DNA of 64,000 bases. Origin: Lama guanicoe (lineage: Eukaryota). Position 1 is the stretch's first letter. Every line of letters starts with the position of its first letter. Positions 12,851 to 26,370 of this stretch are shown here, one piece after another. The stretch covers positions 1,046,274-1,110,273 of the forward strand of contig MU053645.1 in assembly GCA_013239625.1 (NCBI GenBank), given 5' to 3'. A program made the translations under genes and the position numbers. The notes below the pieces were generated by a model. The model had not been told where the DNA came from. It worked only from the letters and a program-made list of their open reading frames with translations, and made no database searches.

Positions 12851-13689
12851 TTGATTTATCGCTATAATTTATCATTGGAAGCTTTTGAGGAAGAGAGAAA
12901 TGAAAAAGATATTGGGAGTTGCAAATTTCTAATTTATCATCTCTTCTGAAAAGTCCTGCCTTAAGTACCAGAAATAAATAATGGTATTTGTTACCCTTCA
13001 GAATACTGCAATAAATCTAAATAATTATCCCCTTTTTCTATCCTGTCCTAAAAGAAAAAATTTTTTACAGAAATTTATAGGTGATTCAATGATTCACATT
13101 TCTCAACTAGGGAATAGAAGATTTGATCTCTTTCGCCTTCCTTTCTGCCTAGACCAGTGGGTGGCAGTGATCTGAGCAAATGTACTCTGTCTCACAGATT
13201 CAAATTTCCCTTGACTGGGCTGTTCCAAGTTCCAGCCTGGGGAACAGAGAATTAATAAGCCTATTTGGTTCTCATGCCCAACTACACCCTCCAGCCACCT
13301 AGCCTTTATACTATTACAGGTGTTATTTCTATCTCCATCTTCCAACATTGTGTTTTATTTATCACTTGCTTTAGAACTCAAGCAGGGAAAAGATGTGGCT
13401 ATGGGATTTATTAGGCCCCATACAGCCCCCCTAACACTTTCCTATCTGATCTTCCTGTTTCTAGGCATAGTGTCCTACAATCCGCCCTCCACAATGCTAC
13501 TAGAATAATCTTCCTAACACTCATCTGACCTTGTCACTACCTTGCTCAAAATATTAAGATGATTTCTCTTACATGTAAGAAAGCATACTCTAAGTAAATG
13601 AGATCATATTATTATTATAGGAATAAAGATAAACAGTTTTATTTTAAACAATAAACTATTAGTAAAGTTTAGAACTGTATTATTAGTAA

Positions 13690-14068
13690 CTGGGTTAGTT
13701 TTCTAGACTGCCATAACAAGGTAACACAGACTAGATGGCTTGAACAATAGAAATCTATTTTCTCACAGCTCTGGAAGATAGAAGTTCCAGATCAAGGTTT
13801 AGGCAAGACTGGTTTCTGCTAAGGGCCCCTCTCCTTGGCTTTTAGATGGCTGTCTTCATCATGTGTTGTCACTTGGTCCTCCCTCTGTGTCTGTCTCCTA
13901 ATCTCCTCTTCTCATAAGGACAGATAGGATTAGGGGCTCATCCTAATGATTTCTTATTGCCTTAATTACTTCTTTAAAGGCCCTCTGAATTCAGTCACAA
14001 TTGGAGATACCAGGGGTCAGATATACAACATACGAATTTGGAGGAAGACATGATTTAGCTGGTAACAA
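13690..14068 (-). mobile_element. MaLR LTR (MLT1A/B-like)
   Basis: ttagttttctagactgccataacaa...tctcacagctctggaa...ataggattagggg...gaatttggaggaagaca. Confidence 0.8.
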
Positions 14069-17000
14069 TAATCGACAACTTGTTTAATACAAGCAGGTCA
14101 CAAATTGTGATTCACCAATGCCTTGAGATAAAGTATAGATCTTTAATATAACATAAAAAGGGCTACTGTGTTCAAGTCTATGTCAGTCTTGCCAGCAACA
14201 GCGTTCATCTCTTCTTTTCCTTACACCACTAAATTTCAGCTTCATCAAATGACATTCAAATTGTACCTTGCTGTTTCCTGCTGCAGAACATTTATATAGG
14301 CTGTTCTATGCCTGGAATGCCCTCCTTTCCTTTGCCTAACAAACTTTTATCTATCCTTTACACCCAGCTCAAACTTCATTTCTTCTCTGACTATCCTTCT
14401 CCGTGTTTTTATGTTTGACCGAACCTACCCTCATTTTTTTTTTTTTACTATGTCTGTCTCTTCTACTATATAAAGAGCTCTTTGAGGGCACTGATTGTAT
14501 CCTATTTTTATTTGTACTTTATGTTCCCAGTGATCCCAAATGTCTGGCACATATCAAGCACCCAATAAATATTTGTTAATAACCAGACAAATAATCCGGT
14601 TATTAAAGGAAAAGTAGCCTTGTGTAGGGGTCACTCTTAGCCTTAGGAGACTCAATGATACAAAGGGCAGCCAACATGATTTTCCATGAAGCATTTTTGG
14701 AACCTTTGTCAGTTAGAATACTAACAAGACAAACCACTGATCTGCCCAGCATTCGCACTTTGTCAAGGGAGGGGATTTTAGCATTTCTTTCTAAACTTTT
14801 TAGGTGTTTTAGGAATCCAGGTAATATAGTTAAGAGTAAGGCTCTGAAAATAAAGGTGGAAGCTACTAGGCAGAAGTCTATGTCAAGGTTTGCCAGCCTG
14901 AGATTATGTGCACCAAGGTCAAAGTCCAAGGTGAGGGAAAGAAAAGGAGGAAATGAGACAGCTGGAGTCTGAGTAGCAGGGCACCTGGGAAGACCATTTA
15001 GGGGCCTTAAGTCCTTGGCTGCAGTTGGTAGTAGTCTCATATCATCTGTAACCTGGATTCCAATTTAACTAATTCCCTCTCACTTGGCCAATCTGGTCTC
15101 ACACTGAGATTTTTCTCTGGTCATATACCATTTTTTCTAGATGCTCTATGAAGGCAAGAATAATATTTTACACATCTTTGGTGTATTATATACCACAGAG
15201 AGATCCAATTCAGATGAGCAAGGGGAATCATCGTTAATTAATTATGTTCGAAGGAATATCATATGGCATGCAAAGGACAAAGGTAGATACAAAGAAATAG
15301 AAAGAAAAAGTAGAAAAATCAACTGAGCAAGCGAAAATAATAATAGTGGAGTTTGCCCCACCATATCCACTTTACACTGAGATACAGCCAGAGGGTAGAT
15401 AGTTTCCTCACCATGAGCTATTTCTTTATATTCATTACAGAATTATAGGACAAATACTGCCTGTCTTCAGCCTCCATCTCTGATAAATGGGTCAGCTCCG
15501 TTGGCTATAGTTAGTGACAGTCCTTGGTCTTGACAGCTTGACTTAATTAATCTATTTAATTTACTGATCAAGCGGACAGCAAAAGAACATTCTCCATTAA
15601 ATGGGTTTTTTATCATCTGGAGTTATAGAACTAAATGTCTTTTTAAAATCTGAAATTTAGTTAGCACATGACATGCTGTCTGTCTTAGAAACTACTTGCA
15701 AAGAGGAAATGAAAAGATTAAAAATGGCTCTGTGGCTTTAAGTAATGACCAAGAGGTCAGGCTGCAAAATTGAACTGTAATCTGCCTGTCCACTTCACTG
15801 AAACTGCAGCGCAAAGCAATATTACCTCCAAGTAGTTTTAGGCTGATGCCTGAAGTTACAGTCATTAAACTATATTACATATGTTGTGCAGAGCAGGCAG
15901 GTGATAGGCTGCGATTTTCTGAGGCCCATTATGTTCATTATAGAGAAGGTGGTTACCTTTACACCACTTAGAATAAATCCCCTTCCTAGCCAGATCGAAT
16001 AACTTGTTTCTCCCTGAATTACAGCTCCATGGCCAGCTTCCTAATACCAGTCTGTGATAATCACAGTACCTGTCACTAATTGGGACTCGGGGACTGCACT
16101 AGGAACTTCCACGTGTTTCTCATTTAATCTGTGCCTCAGTCCTGTCAGGAAAGTCTCATTATCCTAAGGACTTTTTGCAGCTGAGGAGATGGAGGCTTAG
16201 AGACCCTAATAGGTAGGGCTGGAGTTTGAACCTAGGTCTGTGTGGTTCCAAAGCCTATGCTCTTCGTTTTACGCCTTGCTGCCCAACTCTGACCCTGCTT
16301 TAAGCACGTAATTTAGCACTTGAGGAGAGGTGTCTTTGTGTCAGTTTCAGGTTGTTTCATGTCTCTTCCGGCAAGCTAAAAGTCTTTACCCTCTCCCTTT
16401 CCTCTTGGCCTTCACACGGCCAGAAGATTCCTAGGTAAATAAATGCCCAGGAATAAAGGCACCCATGGATATTTCGGTAGAACAGCTAGAAACAATGAAG
16501 TCTTTAAGGTTGACACAGCATTCAATATGGAGGGAAAAACATATTAAGTGATGTGGTACACACCCTAGTAGCCTCATTAGAAATAAATTTAAAAGCCATT
16601 TGAACAAAACCTCAATGGGAGAAGAGCTGAATAGGGTAGGTCAATCAAGCCATTATCTGTATAAATTTAGTACCGTTTCAGAGTCTCCACAATGTGGGAA
16701 ACACATCAATCTCTAGTCTTCCTTGCAATCCCATTTTTATTTATTTCTAGCCAGCTGTCTAGCTAAAGAATGACTCTTCCTATTCAAAGGCTAAATGAAA
16801 GGTCATTGGCGCTTGACAATATTTTCAGATCCTTTGGGGGAAAACTTGGCTTTTGCTCTGGTCTCTATATGTAATACTACCTCATTCATATTATTCCGAT
16901 TTGAGAATTTTCTTATAAACTATTCTTTGAAACGCAGTCGTCTTTTATTTCAGACCAGACACATGCTTCACACTAAACCAAAACCAAATAGATGAATGAA

Positions 17001-17756
17001 GGTGGCATGGATGGTGGTTTAATTTTTTTTTCTAAGTTTACGTTTCTCTTGATCTATGAATTCTTTGGAAGAGGTAAGAGCTCCTAAAAGCTTAAGATAA
17101 ATGAATTTCAGTTTTGTTATCTTTGAATGACTAGTTTGACCGAAATACGGAAGTTGGATTTTGTTTTGAAACAAATTTGTTCACAGGTTTATTTGTGTTT
17201 AACTTTGCCTCGGTTTATAGTTCCCTAAGAAAATTAGCAATCAGTTCTAAATTAAGAAATGGTGAAGTTCATGCCAATAGGAGCTCTACAGTTGTGGTCA
17301 AGCCCCTCTCTGCTGGAAATCCTGTAAAGCCTGTGCTGTACGTACCTCCCAAAAATTCTTAATAAACTTGAGTTACTATCATTTAAAACTTTCTTCTGAG
17401 CATCTACCATGTACAAAGAAATCACCAAGTAACTATAGTCTCTACCCTCAAAGAATCCCAAACCTTGGACATTATTATTTACCAGTTAAATCTAGGAGCA
17501 TTTTGATTTATATTTTCATCATAGTATCAATACATGCCTTTATAATCATTGTTACTAACTTTATTAAAGTCCAGATTCTTCCTGTAGTCTTAGGACCTGA
17601 ATTAGGAAAGATTATGGGTACGGGTTGAATAAAAAACTTCAAGAATATTGCCTCCTGCAATATAAAGGTGACAGTATTCTGAATATAGTGCCCCTGATTT
17701 TCCCCTAACACTACAGGATTTTAAAAATTAGCTAAAAGAAAGAGTATTTGCTGATT

Positions 17757-18068
17757 ACACACAGACCTGAGATACTCTGGGTTCAGTTCTAGATCACCCC
17801 AATAAAGTGAATATTGCAACAGAGCATATCACACAATTGTTTGGGTTTCCCAGTGCATATAAAGTTATGTTTACACTGTACTATAGTCTGTTAAGTGTGA
17901 AATAGCATTGTTTTAAAATGTACATATGTGAATTTTAAAATTATGCTGTTAGAAAAATGGCACTAATAGGCTTGCCTGATGCAGGGTTGCTACAAACCCT
18001 CAATCTGTAGAAAACGCATTATCTGTGAAGTATGATACAGCGAATCTCAGTAAAATAAGGTATATTGT
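17757..18068. mobile_element. Internally deleted Tigger1 derivative (MITE, Tigger1a-like)
   Basis: Both Tigger1 ends are joined within about 310 bp: gagatactctgggttcagttctagatcacc...ttcccagtgcatataaagttatg and gcagggttgctacaaaccctcaat...aaaataaggtat. Confidence 0.75.
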
Positions 18069-20647
18069 TACACATGACTGAATGACAGCTATCGGCAGCA
18101 GGTACTGTAGGGACAAAAACATACATTCAGGGAGGAGAAAGCAATGGCATTCCACGAGAAAGCCCTGATTAACCTGAAGAACGTGAGGACTTAGAGCTAC
18201 TACCCAGGCAATAAATAGTGTTCTATGAGCCATCCAATCCCCACTTGTTCTCAGCTCTAAAATTGTGCCCTGAAGACTGCTGGAAGAATACAAGAATCCT
18301 TCATGAAAAAATCCATGCTGGCCCCTTATCAAAATATTTTTAATAGGGCCACTCAACACTAGTTTCCAGCAAGAAAATGTGAGCAAAATTTAATAAAGAA
18401 ACAGGTCTCACTTTATTGGAATCCTATAGAAGTAGTTCCAGTCTTCCCATTAATTCTAGGGTGAGAATTTTCTTTGTGGAGGGCCAGATTTGGGATAATA
18501 TGTACACTATGGGAGATGATTTGTTGCATCTGTGAACTAAACAATGTTTGAGAATTCCTAACCTGCTGTGATCTGGTACATCTTTATAACACTTCACCCT
18601 CCAGGCCTTGGATAGAAAGGATAAAGACATTTACACACAGAAAGTAAGGTCATTTTTCAACACCCTGCAACCCGCAAGTATAACCTTTTAACTCTTAAAC
18701 CTATTTGCCCCAACCTGTCTGACTTTCTCTTACTCATGACCTTTTCAAACATTCAATAAAGAACTAGCTTGTCAAGTACTTGGGAGTCAGGTTGGGGGTA
18801 GGAGTTCTAGTCTCCAAAGGCCAAATGAGTGTTTGCTCAGTTACCTGTAAGATAACCAGTATTTTTTTTTTTTAAGTTTTGAGGAGTGCCGAAGTGAACA
18901 ATATAGACTTGTCATGCGTAGAAGTTCTAAAAAGTAATATGTATTATAGGAATTTTCTCAGCCTGTCTTATAAACAGTGCAAGATAGTCACCTTCCCTCA
19001 AACAGAGAAAGCAAAGTTTGAGGGCAGAGGTGAAAACCTGACAGAATGGTTTTGAAGCCACTGGAATAGTTAAAAGCAGATTTGTATTGAAATCTCACTT
19101 TTTGATTAGAGTAACTTAAACCAAAGATAACGTTTTTATATCATACTGCAGAAACCGTTTCCTATACAAATGTTATCTGTGAATCAAAGCTACTAAAATC
19201 TTTTATTTTTGATAAACTAGAAAATGCCTACATTAATTTAGCTTTTGAAGATAAGCTTTATAAAGGCCAAAAATAGTTACCAATTTCTATGAGCTGAAAC
19301 AGTGTGTGAGTGCCCACTACCATTATGTGTAAGACACTAGTACTAAGCATGGCCGGAGTGGAGGTGAAGAAGTATAAGAAATTATTCCAAGATTAAGTGT
19401 GCATACTCTCTAAAGATACAAGAATCCACAACAATGAATGTGAAAGCCTTTAAAGGCATTTTCATCATTCATGACCTTTCAAGGTCATGTAGAAAATAAT
19501 TCTTTATCAAGTCATTCCCTTTTGGCTAGAGACTAATTTTTGTCATCCATTTTTCATGTGAGCTTCTGGGGAATTTGTTCTGATTTGTTCTCCTGTTGTG
19601 AATGTGAATGTTGTCTTGTTGACATATCAAATACACAGCTGAGTTTCAGCTTTTAGAAGGCTTTGGGCTTTGAGATAATAAATATTTGAATTGCAGGTAA
19701 CTGAAATTTTCTATGTCTCAAACATTTTACAATCTCTAGTCTAGAGAATGTTCCCAAAAGAAAAAGACATCCCAAATCATCTGGTTCCACCTTCCTGGAC
19801 TACCATATACCGTTGTTTTGCTGCTCCAAATTGTGTTAATGACCGTGTGGTGGAGGAAGGGAAGCAGCAGCAGTTGTAAGAGTAATTCCGGCTACTCTAT
19901 ATTGAATACTCACTCTGTGCCAGGCACTGAGTCAGATATTTAACAAATGTTATTCCATTTAACTGATACCACAAATCCCTGTGGTCAAATACTACAGCTG
20001 TCCTCATTTTCAATGACTGAGCCTTACCACAGTTAAGGAATTTAATCAGGGTACCATAGCTGGTAGTTAGCAGAGCTGAGAATGGTTTTCAGGCTATCTG
20101 ATTCTAAAACTTGTGCTATTAACCACGTGCTCAAGGATACAGGCTCTTTAATAAATTCTATGAGACACTTTGCAAGGAGAAATCTAGGCTTTTGTCCCTC
20201 GCTTTGGCTTAACCTCTGCCATACTAACCTTTTAGCTCTTTCCATTGTGAATCACAATTTTCTCATCATGCATCAGCCTTGGTTTCTAGCCCACTCTGTT
20301 CCAGATTGCCATTCTCTCTCTCCATCCTTTCCCCTTGGATTACATATTCTTGATCTCTAATCCACTTGAGTAAATAGTTGCCAACTTCAGCTAAGCTTAG
20401 TCTGACTCAGTAGCCCCAAGCTCTGCCACCCCATCTACCACACTGGAATCCCACATCCTGTCTTGTTTTATGGACCCCTGTATGGACCTCAGTCTTAGGA
20501 CCTCCACTGATGAGTTAAGAAGATGGAGATTTACTTACAGCTCAGGACAGTGGTCAATTCCTTAGTTAGCCCAGAGTGAATAGACATAGTGGCATGAGGA
20601 ACAGAGAATCTATGATTCTAGAGTCACTTATAAAAGCCTCCTATATA

Positions 20648-21648
20648 TGGTAGTCCCCCCTTATCAGTTGTTTTGCTTTCTGCAGTTTCAATTACCCACA
20701 GTTCCCTTCATCCAAAAATATTATATGAAAAATTCCAGAAAAATTTCGTAAGTTTTAAATTGCACACCATTATGAATAGTGTGATGAACTCTCATGCCAT
20801 GCAACTCCATCCCATCCTGGACATGAATTATCCCTTTGTCCAGCATAACATGCCCATGAATCACTTAGCAGCCATGAAGGTTATCAGAGAAACTATCCTG
20901 CTATCTCAGTGCTTGTGCTCAAGTAACCCTTATGTTACTTAATAATGGCCCCAAAGTGCAAGAGTCATGATGCCGGCAATTTGGATGCCAAAGAGAAGCC
21001 GTCGAAGTGCTTCTGTACAGGAAGCATGAAAAAGTAAATATTCTCAACTTCATAAGGAAAGAAAAAAATATATGCTGAGATTTCTAAGATCTATGGTAAG
21101 AAGGAATATTCTGTGAGATTGTGAAGGAGAAAGAAATTCATGGTACTTTTGCTATCACACCTCAAACTGCAAAAGGTATGGTCACAGTGCATGATTAAGT
21201 GCTTAGTTAAGATGGAAAAGACATTAAATTTGTGAGTGGAAGACATGAACAGAAAACGTGTTCCCACTGACAGCAACATGTTGTGCCAGAAAGCATGGAA
21301 ACTGTATAAAGATTTCAGCACGGAATCCCCTGAGATAAGTGACATCAAGCCATTTACTGCAAGTAAGGGATGGTTATATCGATTCAGGAATAGGTTGGGA
21401 CTGAAAAATACAGAAAATATTGAAGAGGCTACAACTGACAATGAAGAAGCCACTGCCTCACTTCCGGCAGAGCTGAACAAGGTGATTAAGGAGAGAGACC
21501 ACATTCATATAACTTTTATTATAGTATATCATTGTAATTGTTTAATTGTATTATTAATTATTATTGCTAATCTCTTACTGTGCCTAATTTCTAATTTAAA
21601 CTTTATCATAGGAATGTGTGTATAGGAAAAAATATAGTGTATGTGTAC

Positions 21649-21683
<35 letters not shown>

Positions 21684-21762
21684 GGGCTTGGTACTATCCA
21701 AGGTTTTAGGCATCCACTGGGGGTCTTGAAATGTATTTCCTGCCAATAAGAGGGGACGACTG
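20648..21762 (+). mobile_element. Tigger7/MER44-like DNA transposon with degenerate CENP-B-type transposase fragment
   Basis: Terminal inverted repeats GTAGTCCCCCCTTAT / ATAAGAGGGGACGAC with TA on both sides; ORF 21236-21625 contains PFTASKGWLYRFRNR (pogo/CENP-B HTH motif). Confidence 0.88.
21652..21680. repeat. (TG)n microsatellite inside the Tigger element
   Basis: About 14 uninterrupted TG units. Confidence 0.95.
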
Positions 21763-23494
21763 TACCTCATTCACAAAAGATTCTGGCTCTTCTAGAAAGA
21801 CATGATGATTTGCCATTAAGGAACAATATTAATAGAATGGATACTTTTGAATCTGATGCAACTGAAAGTGCTGGTCAGGAAGGAATCAGTGTTCCTTTCT
21901 GTTGATTACCCACACCAATGCAAGGGAAAAATAGCCCAGGTCAGAAAATTATTATCTTGTGACTCCCCACAGGCCTCGACCCTATCATGTGACTTCTGGC
22001 TCTCTGGCACTGACTCTCAGTTTCTTTCTTATTTATCCTCTTTTAAATATTGCTTTAACAAACGTCCTCATACATTTTTCAAACATTCTATTGCCTACTT
22101 TTATACCACAGTGTCCTCAAAGGCAAAAACATTTTCTCTCTTTTGTAAGCAGCCCCCATTCCAGGTTTTCTGCATACAGTGGGTGCTCGACACATGCTGT
22201 TTACTGAATGTACTCCTACTGCACAGTGTCCTTGGGCTGTTAGGATTCCATATTTATACACAGGAAGTCAACATAAAAAGGCAGACAGTTTCTCTGAATC
22301 CTTTCCCAAATCGCCTGTGTAGAATTACGCTGCGCTTTTTTTGTGTGTGCTTATGTGGTTAAACCTAGATGGTGACTCATGAAACAATGTCACATTTCAG
22401 ACTTAGGAATGATTATGAATTATCCCTGGGCATTGGTTTGAAAGGCAAACTGAAAGTTTTGAATGAGTCTTTTCTTTCTCATCACTTAATGACACTTGTT
22501 TAAAAGAAAATCGGGGCTGCCCTATGACCTACACAGCTGTTTCTGAAAACCTGAATGTAATCAAGCAGAAGCTCTGAGTTAGGTAACTGCAGTCCACATA
22601 CAAGTCACTAACATGAAGGATTTAAATCAACTAGTTCCTGATATATTAAAGACTATTTATCCACTTTTAAAAATTGAGAACATATTAAAGATTAAAGACA
22701 GCTCTGGCAATTTCATGTCGTCCAGATGATCCTTCCTAAAACATCATTTAATTGTACCATTCTCATGCTCAAGGCTTTTCTGAAGCTCATCCCTGCCTAA
22801 GAGATGAATTCAGATTCCTCTGCCTCCCTACTTAATTCACATTCCAGTGCCATCTGTCTCACTATGTTCTTTCCACTACCTTGCAACACAAATCCTCTGG
22901 TCCAGCTAAGCCATGCCCTTCAACGCTCCCTCGCAACACAGTGTATAATGCGCCAAAGAGTTTACTCAGGTTTTACACACTGTCAACATCTCTTCCCCCA
23001 TATAATTGCCACATTCTTTTTCATCAGTCCTTGTGGGCTCAGCTCAAATCCCACTTTCCTCCATGATGCTTCTCCTTATAGCTGCCCACTATAACGACCG
23101 ACTGTCCCTACTAAGGACTGCATCCCTCGGCACTTCGAATCTTTACTCAAAGTCACTCTGCACTAATCACCTAAGATGCTTCCTCTGATACCAGCTGGTA
23201 CCATCCGTGTAATATATGATCGTATCTTTATTTTTGATATTTTACAATATTATGTACACAGTATTTGTCACACCACTGAAAATGTCAGCTTTTCAAGAAC
23301 AAGAATGATGATCCATTTTTCTTAATATTCTCCAAATTACCTAGCATCATGCAGCTTGACAAAGAGTAAGCACTCAATAAATACCTGACTTGAATTACAT
23401 TCCAAAGAAAAGGCAGTTATTAAATGTATCTGTTAAGTGCCTACAAGCAGATGTGAAACCAAAGGGAATTTTAATTCTCCATAAGGGAGTTAGC

Positions 23495-23931
23495 TGTAGC
23501 AGATGCTGTTAGCGCCCTGACCAGATGCCCCTTACGGGGCCAGTGCACCCATCACCTAACTTCTATAAGGGTTGGTTGCTAATGGCTGTAAAGCTGCACC
23601 CTTCCCAGGACCCACCTGACTATGCCAGGGAGATTATGCCTCTCATCCCGGAGGCAACTCATAGCCAATGACTGACAGATGCAGGGGTACAAAAGTCCAT
23701 TCTCCTTTACCTCCGGGCAGGACAAACTCTGTTAGGTAATTCATGTTCCAAACACCTCAGATCAGACTATACTTCTCCTAGAAGCCACACACTTAACTTA
23801 GCTTCTTCTGCTGCCATCTCGTGCTTTCCTTACTCCCTTACGCATTTTTCTTGAGCTCACTCCCCCAATAAACCATTTGCACAAGAATCCTAATCTCAGG
23901 CTTAGCTTCTAGGAAACACCATCTGAGATAC
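23495..23931 (+). mobile_element. ERVL LTR (LTR16-like)
   Basis: Starts TGTAGCAGATGCTG; ends aataaaccatttgcacaagaatcc...tctcaggct...cttctaggaaac, typical of LTR16 3' ends. Confidence 0.75.
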
Positions 23932-23976
23932 AAGTATTTCTAAAATAGACAAGTTGTAGATGTTTATAACTACTTC

Positions 23977-24632
23977 TGTTAGAGCAGGCAGATAGCTAGA
24001 TATGAGCAAAAAAAAGGGGGACCCAGACCAAATGGCAGGAATTGGGCAGAAAGGAGGGGCACAAGCCAAATGCAGGAAACCACACATCATGTAAGCACCA
24101 GGGGTCACTGGGCAGAGAAAGAAAAGCAGGAACCTTTAGGCTGATAAGGGGTCACACCTTTTGGGGTGATGAGTGACCTGGAGACCAACAAAGAAAGGTG
24201 AGAAATAGCAGGAATTTCCAGTGTCAGAATGTAACCTTTTGCTCATTATATCCTCATTTTGATAAAATTAACCTTGCAGATTAGAAGCACCCATCGGGCA
24301 CAAATGCCATAACAACTCCGATCCATAAGAAATAAGGACAAAAATCCCTCTTCCCTTTGGGAAGGTGGAGTTGGGATCATAATCAGGGAATACGACCTCA
24401 AACCCTTCCCTCCCCAATGAATATTCTGCCCATTTTTACACCCTGTGTAACTAACTTGCCAAAGAAACACAGGGCAGCCACTCACCTGACCCTGCCTGCT
24501 CTCCTTTTGAGAGTGTACTATCTATCCTTTAATAAATCCTCACTTTACTTTCCTTAACCACTACGTCTTGTCTCTGAATTCTTTCTGGGACGGGACAAGA
24601 ACCTGGAACACCGGTTGCATCCACTGGAAACA
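23977..24632 (+). mobile_element. Solo ERV1-like LTR, family C (lineage-specific)
   Basis: TG...CA termini, perfect 4-bp TSD CTTC (23973-23976 / 24633-24636), AATAAA at 24531. Confidence 0.9.
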
Positions 24633-26211
24633 CTTCTAAGTAGCAGAAAATCTCTGTCAAGTTTTGTTACCAGGGAATATAACATCAACAAAACATGACT
24701 GTCCTTTCCGACAGCCACACACAATTTGAGGCTGCCTGGCAGTCAGTAATGTAAGTGGTATGTGTGAGATGGAAGTGAGCTCAAGGAGAATCCAGCCCTG
24801 TGGTTCTCAACCTCCGCTCTCCATCTCAGCACAGATAAGGAACCGCCCCACCATGCTCTCAAGGCAGTAGTACCTTTGAACTTCAAAGACATCAGAGCAC
24901 TGTGTTAGATCTTGGTTAGGAGGTTGGAAAAGCCTCCAAGTTGATTCTGATAAATAACCCCACTCCTAACTATGATCTAGTTCAAATTCATAATTTTTTA
25001 CAAATCAGGAAATGCAAGAAGCATAAAGGTAAATTCTCCAAGATCACAGAACTTACTCTGTGGCAGAGGGGGAACCAGAACTCCTATCTCCACATACATA
25101 GTACAAGAAAAGGTAAATGGAAATACCTTTCCAAGCCTACATGGTAAAGGCGAGATTACAGCTCAAACTAAGCAGAGAAAATGACCATGTTAAATTTTAT
25201 GTGGAGTTACGACATCCCACACACATTCCTCAGGAAGACCAAACTCCAAACTAGCTCCAACTTGTTATGTTCTTTTCTTTCACCTGTATATAAACACTAC
25301 TACTACTAATAATAATAGTGAAAAAATCACAAACCAGTATACAAGTTGCAGTATTCATTTTTAAACATAGCCTAGAGATCACTGTGGTTGTTTCTTGGTG
25401 TCTATAACAAATACCATCAAACAGAATGGGTCACCCCATTAACCTCTCTCAGCTGACTCCCTAATGTCGGTGCTTGAAAAATAAGAACAAACTCTTGATG
25501 TAATCACTACCAAAAGGAAGCCAAACATAACTGCTACTACAATGTTACAGCTGGCTGTGGGAAATGAGATTGAAGTCAGTGGACCTTAAGGCAAGTTCTT
25601 CTGTTTTGAAACTGCGGTTAAGGGTTGCACCTACAGAACGGCTTTTTCTAATGCACTGCTAGCCTATCAGGTAAGACTTCACGTGGGACAGATGAGGGGG
25701 AGAAGAAAAGCTTCAGTTTTAATAATGCCTTTCTATCAGTGGTGCCAGTGTTAGCTGCATAAATTTCTACGATACACAAGTAGGAGACGTAAGATTTTTT
25801 TACCTTAATACTTAGAGCCTATAGTTTGCCTAGCCCTATACAAAGTGCTGGGGGACTATGGTTTTTTTTTTGTTTGTTTAAGTAGAAGGCATAGATAGAA
25901 ATTTCAAATGCCAATGAAATGACATTTCAAAAACACATCAACCAACCCAAAAGAACAATATGACCTACCTGGGACATAAACTGAAGACATAAATTTGGCC
26001 ATACAGGGTTGAGCCAGGTTGCTGAGATTTAAACACTTAGGTCAGACTTTCTCTTTTCCCTCTAAGACCAGTTTACAGAATCTGTTTAAGCTGGAAATAT
26101 TTTTTTCAAGGAGAATAGCATATCAAACATACTTATTTCACGAAACACCTAAATAGCTTTAAGACAATCACTTACCCTCTCTGTATCTCAGATTCAGTAG
26201 TTACTAACAGA

Positions 26212-26370
26212 TTTTTTTTAATTAAAGAAAAAAAATTTTTTTAATTTTTTTTAAGGGGAAGGTAATTAGGTTTACTTATTTATTTATTTTTAGGGGAGGT
26301 ACTGGGGATCAAACCCAGGATCTTGTGTATGCTAAGCATGCAGTCTACCACTTGAGCTATACCCTCCCCC
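26212..26370 (-). mobile_element. tRNA-derived SINE, camelid Vic-1-like
   Basis: Minus strand reads GGGGGAGGGTATAGCTCAAGTGGTAG (A box)...GGGTTTGATCCCCAG (B box)...AAATAAATAA...CCTAATTACC plus A-rich tail. Confidence 0.88.

Noticed and set aside
14603..15040. Overlapping 145-aa and 105-aa ORFs
   Set aside because: No recognisable homology or clear splice boundaries; consistent with chance ORFs.
21236..21625. Domesticated Tigger/CENP-B-like gene
   Set aside because: Short fragment inside an internally deleted element that still has its TIRs; GTG start, stops upstream and no DDE domain.
21847..22362. 171-aa ORF
   Set aside because: TTG start and overlaps an L2 3' fragment (catacagtgggtgctcgacacatgctgtttactgaatg); composition is not protein-like.
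26296..26370. Functional tRNA gene
   Set aside because: It continues into a SINE body and A-tail, and the acceptor stem and T arm are degenerate.
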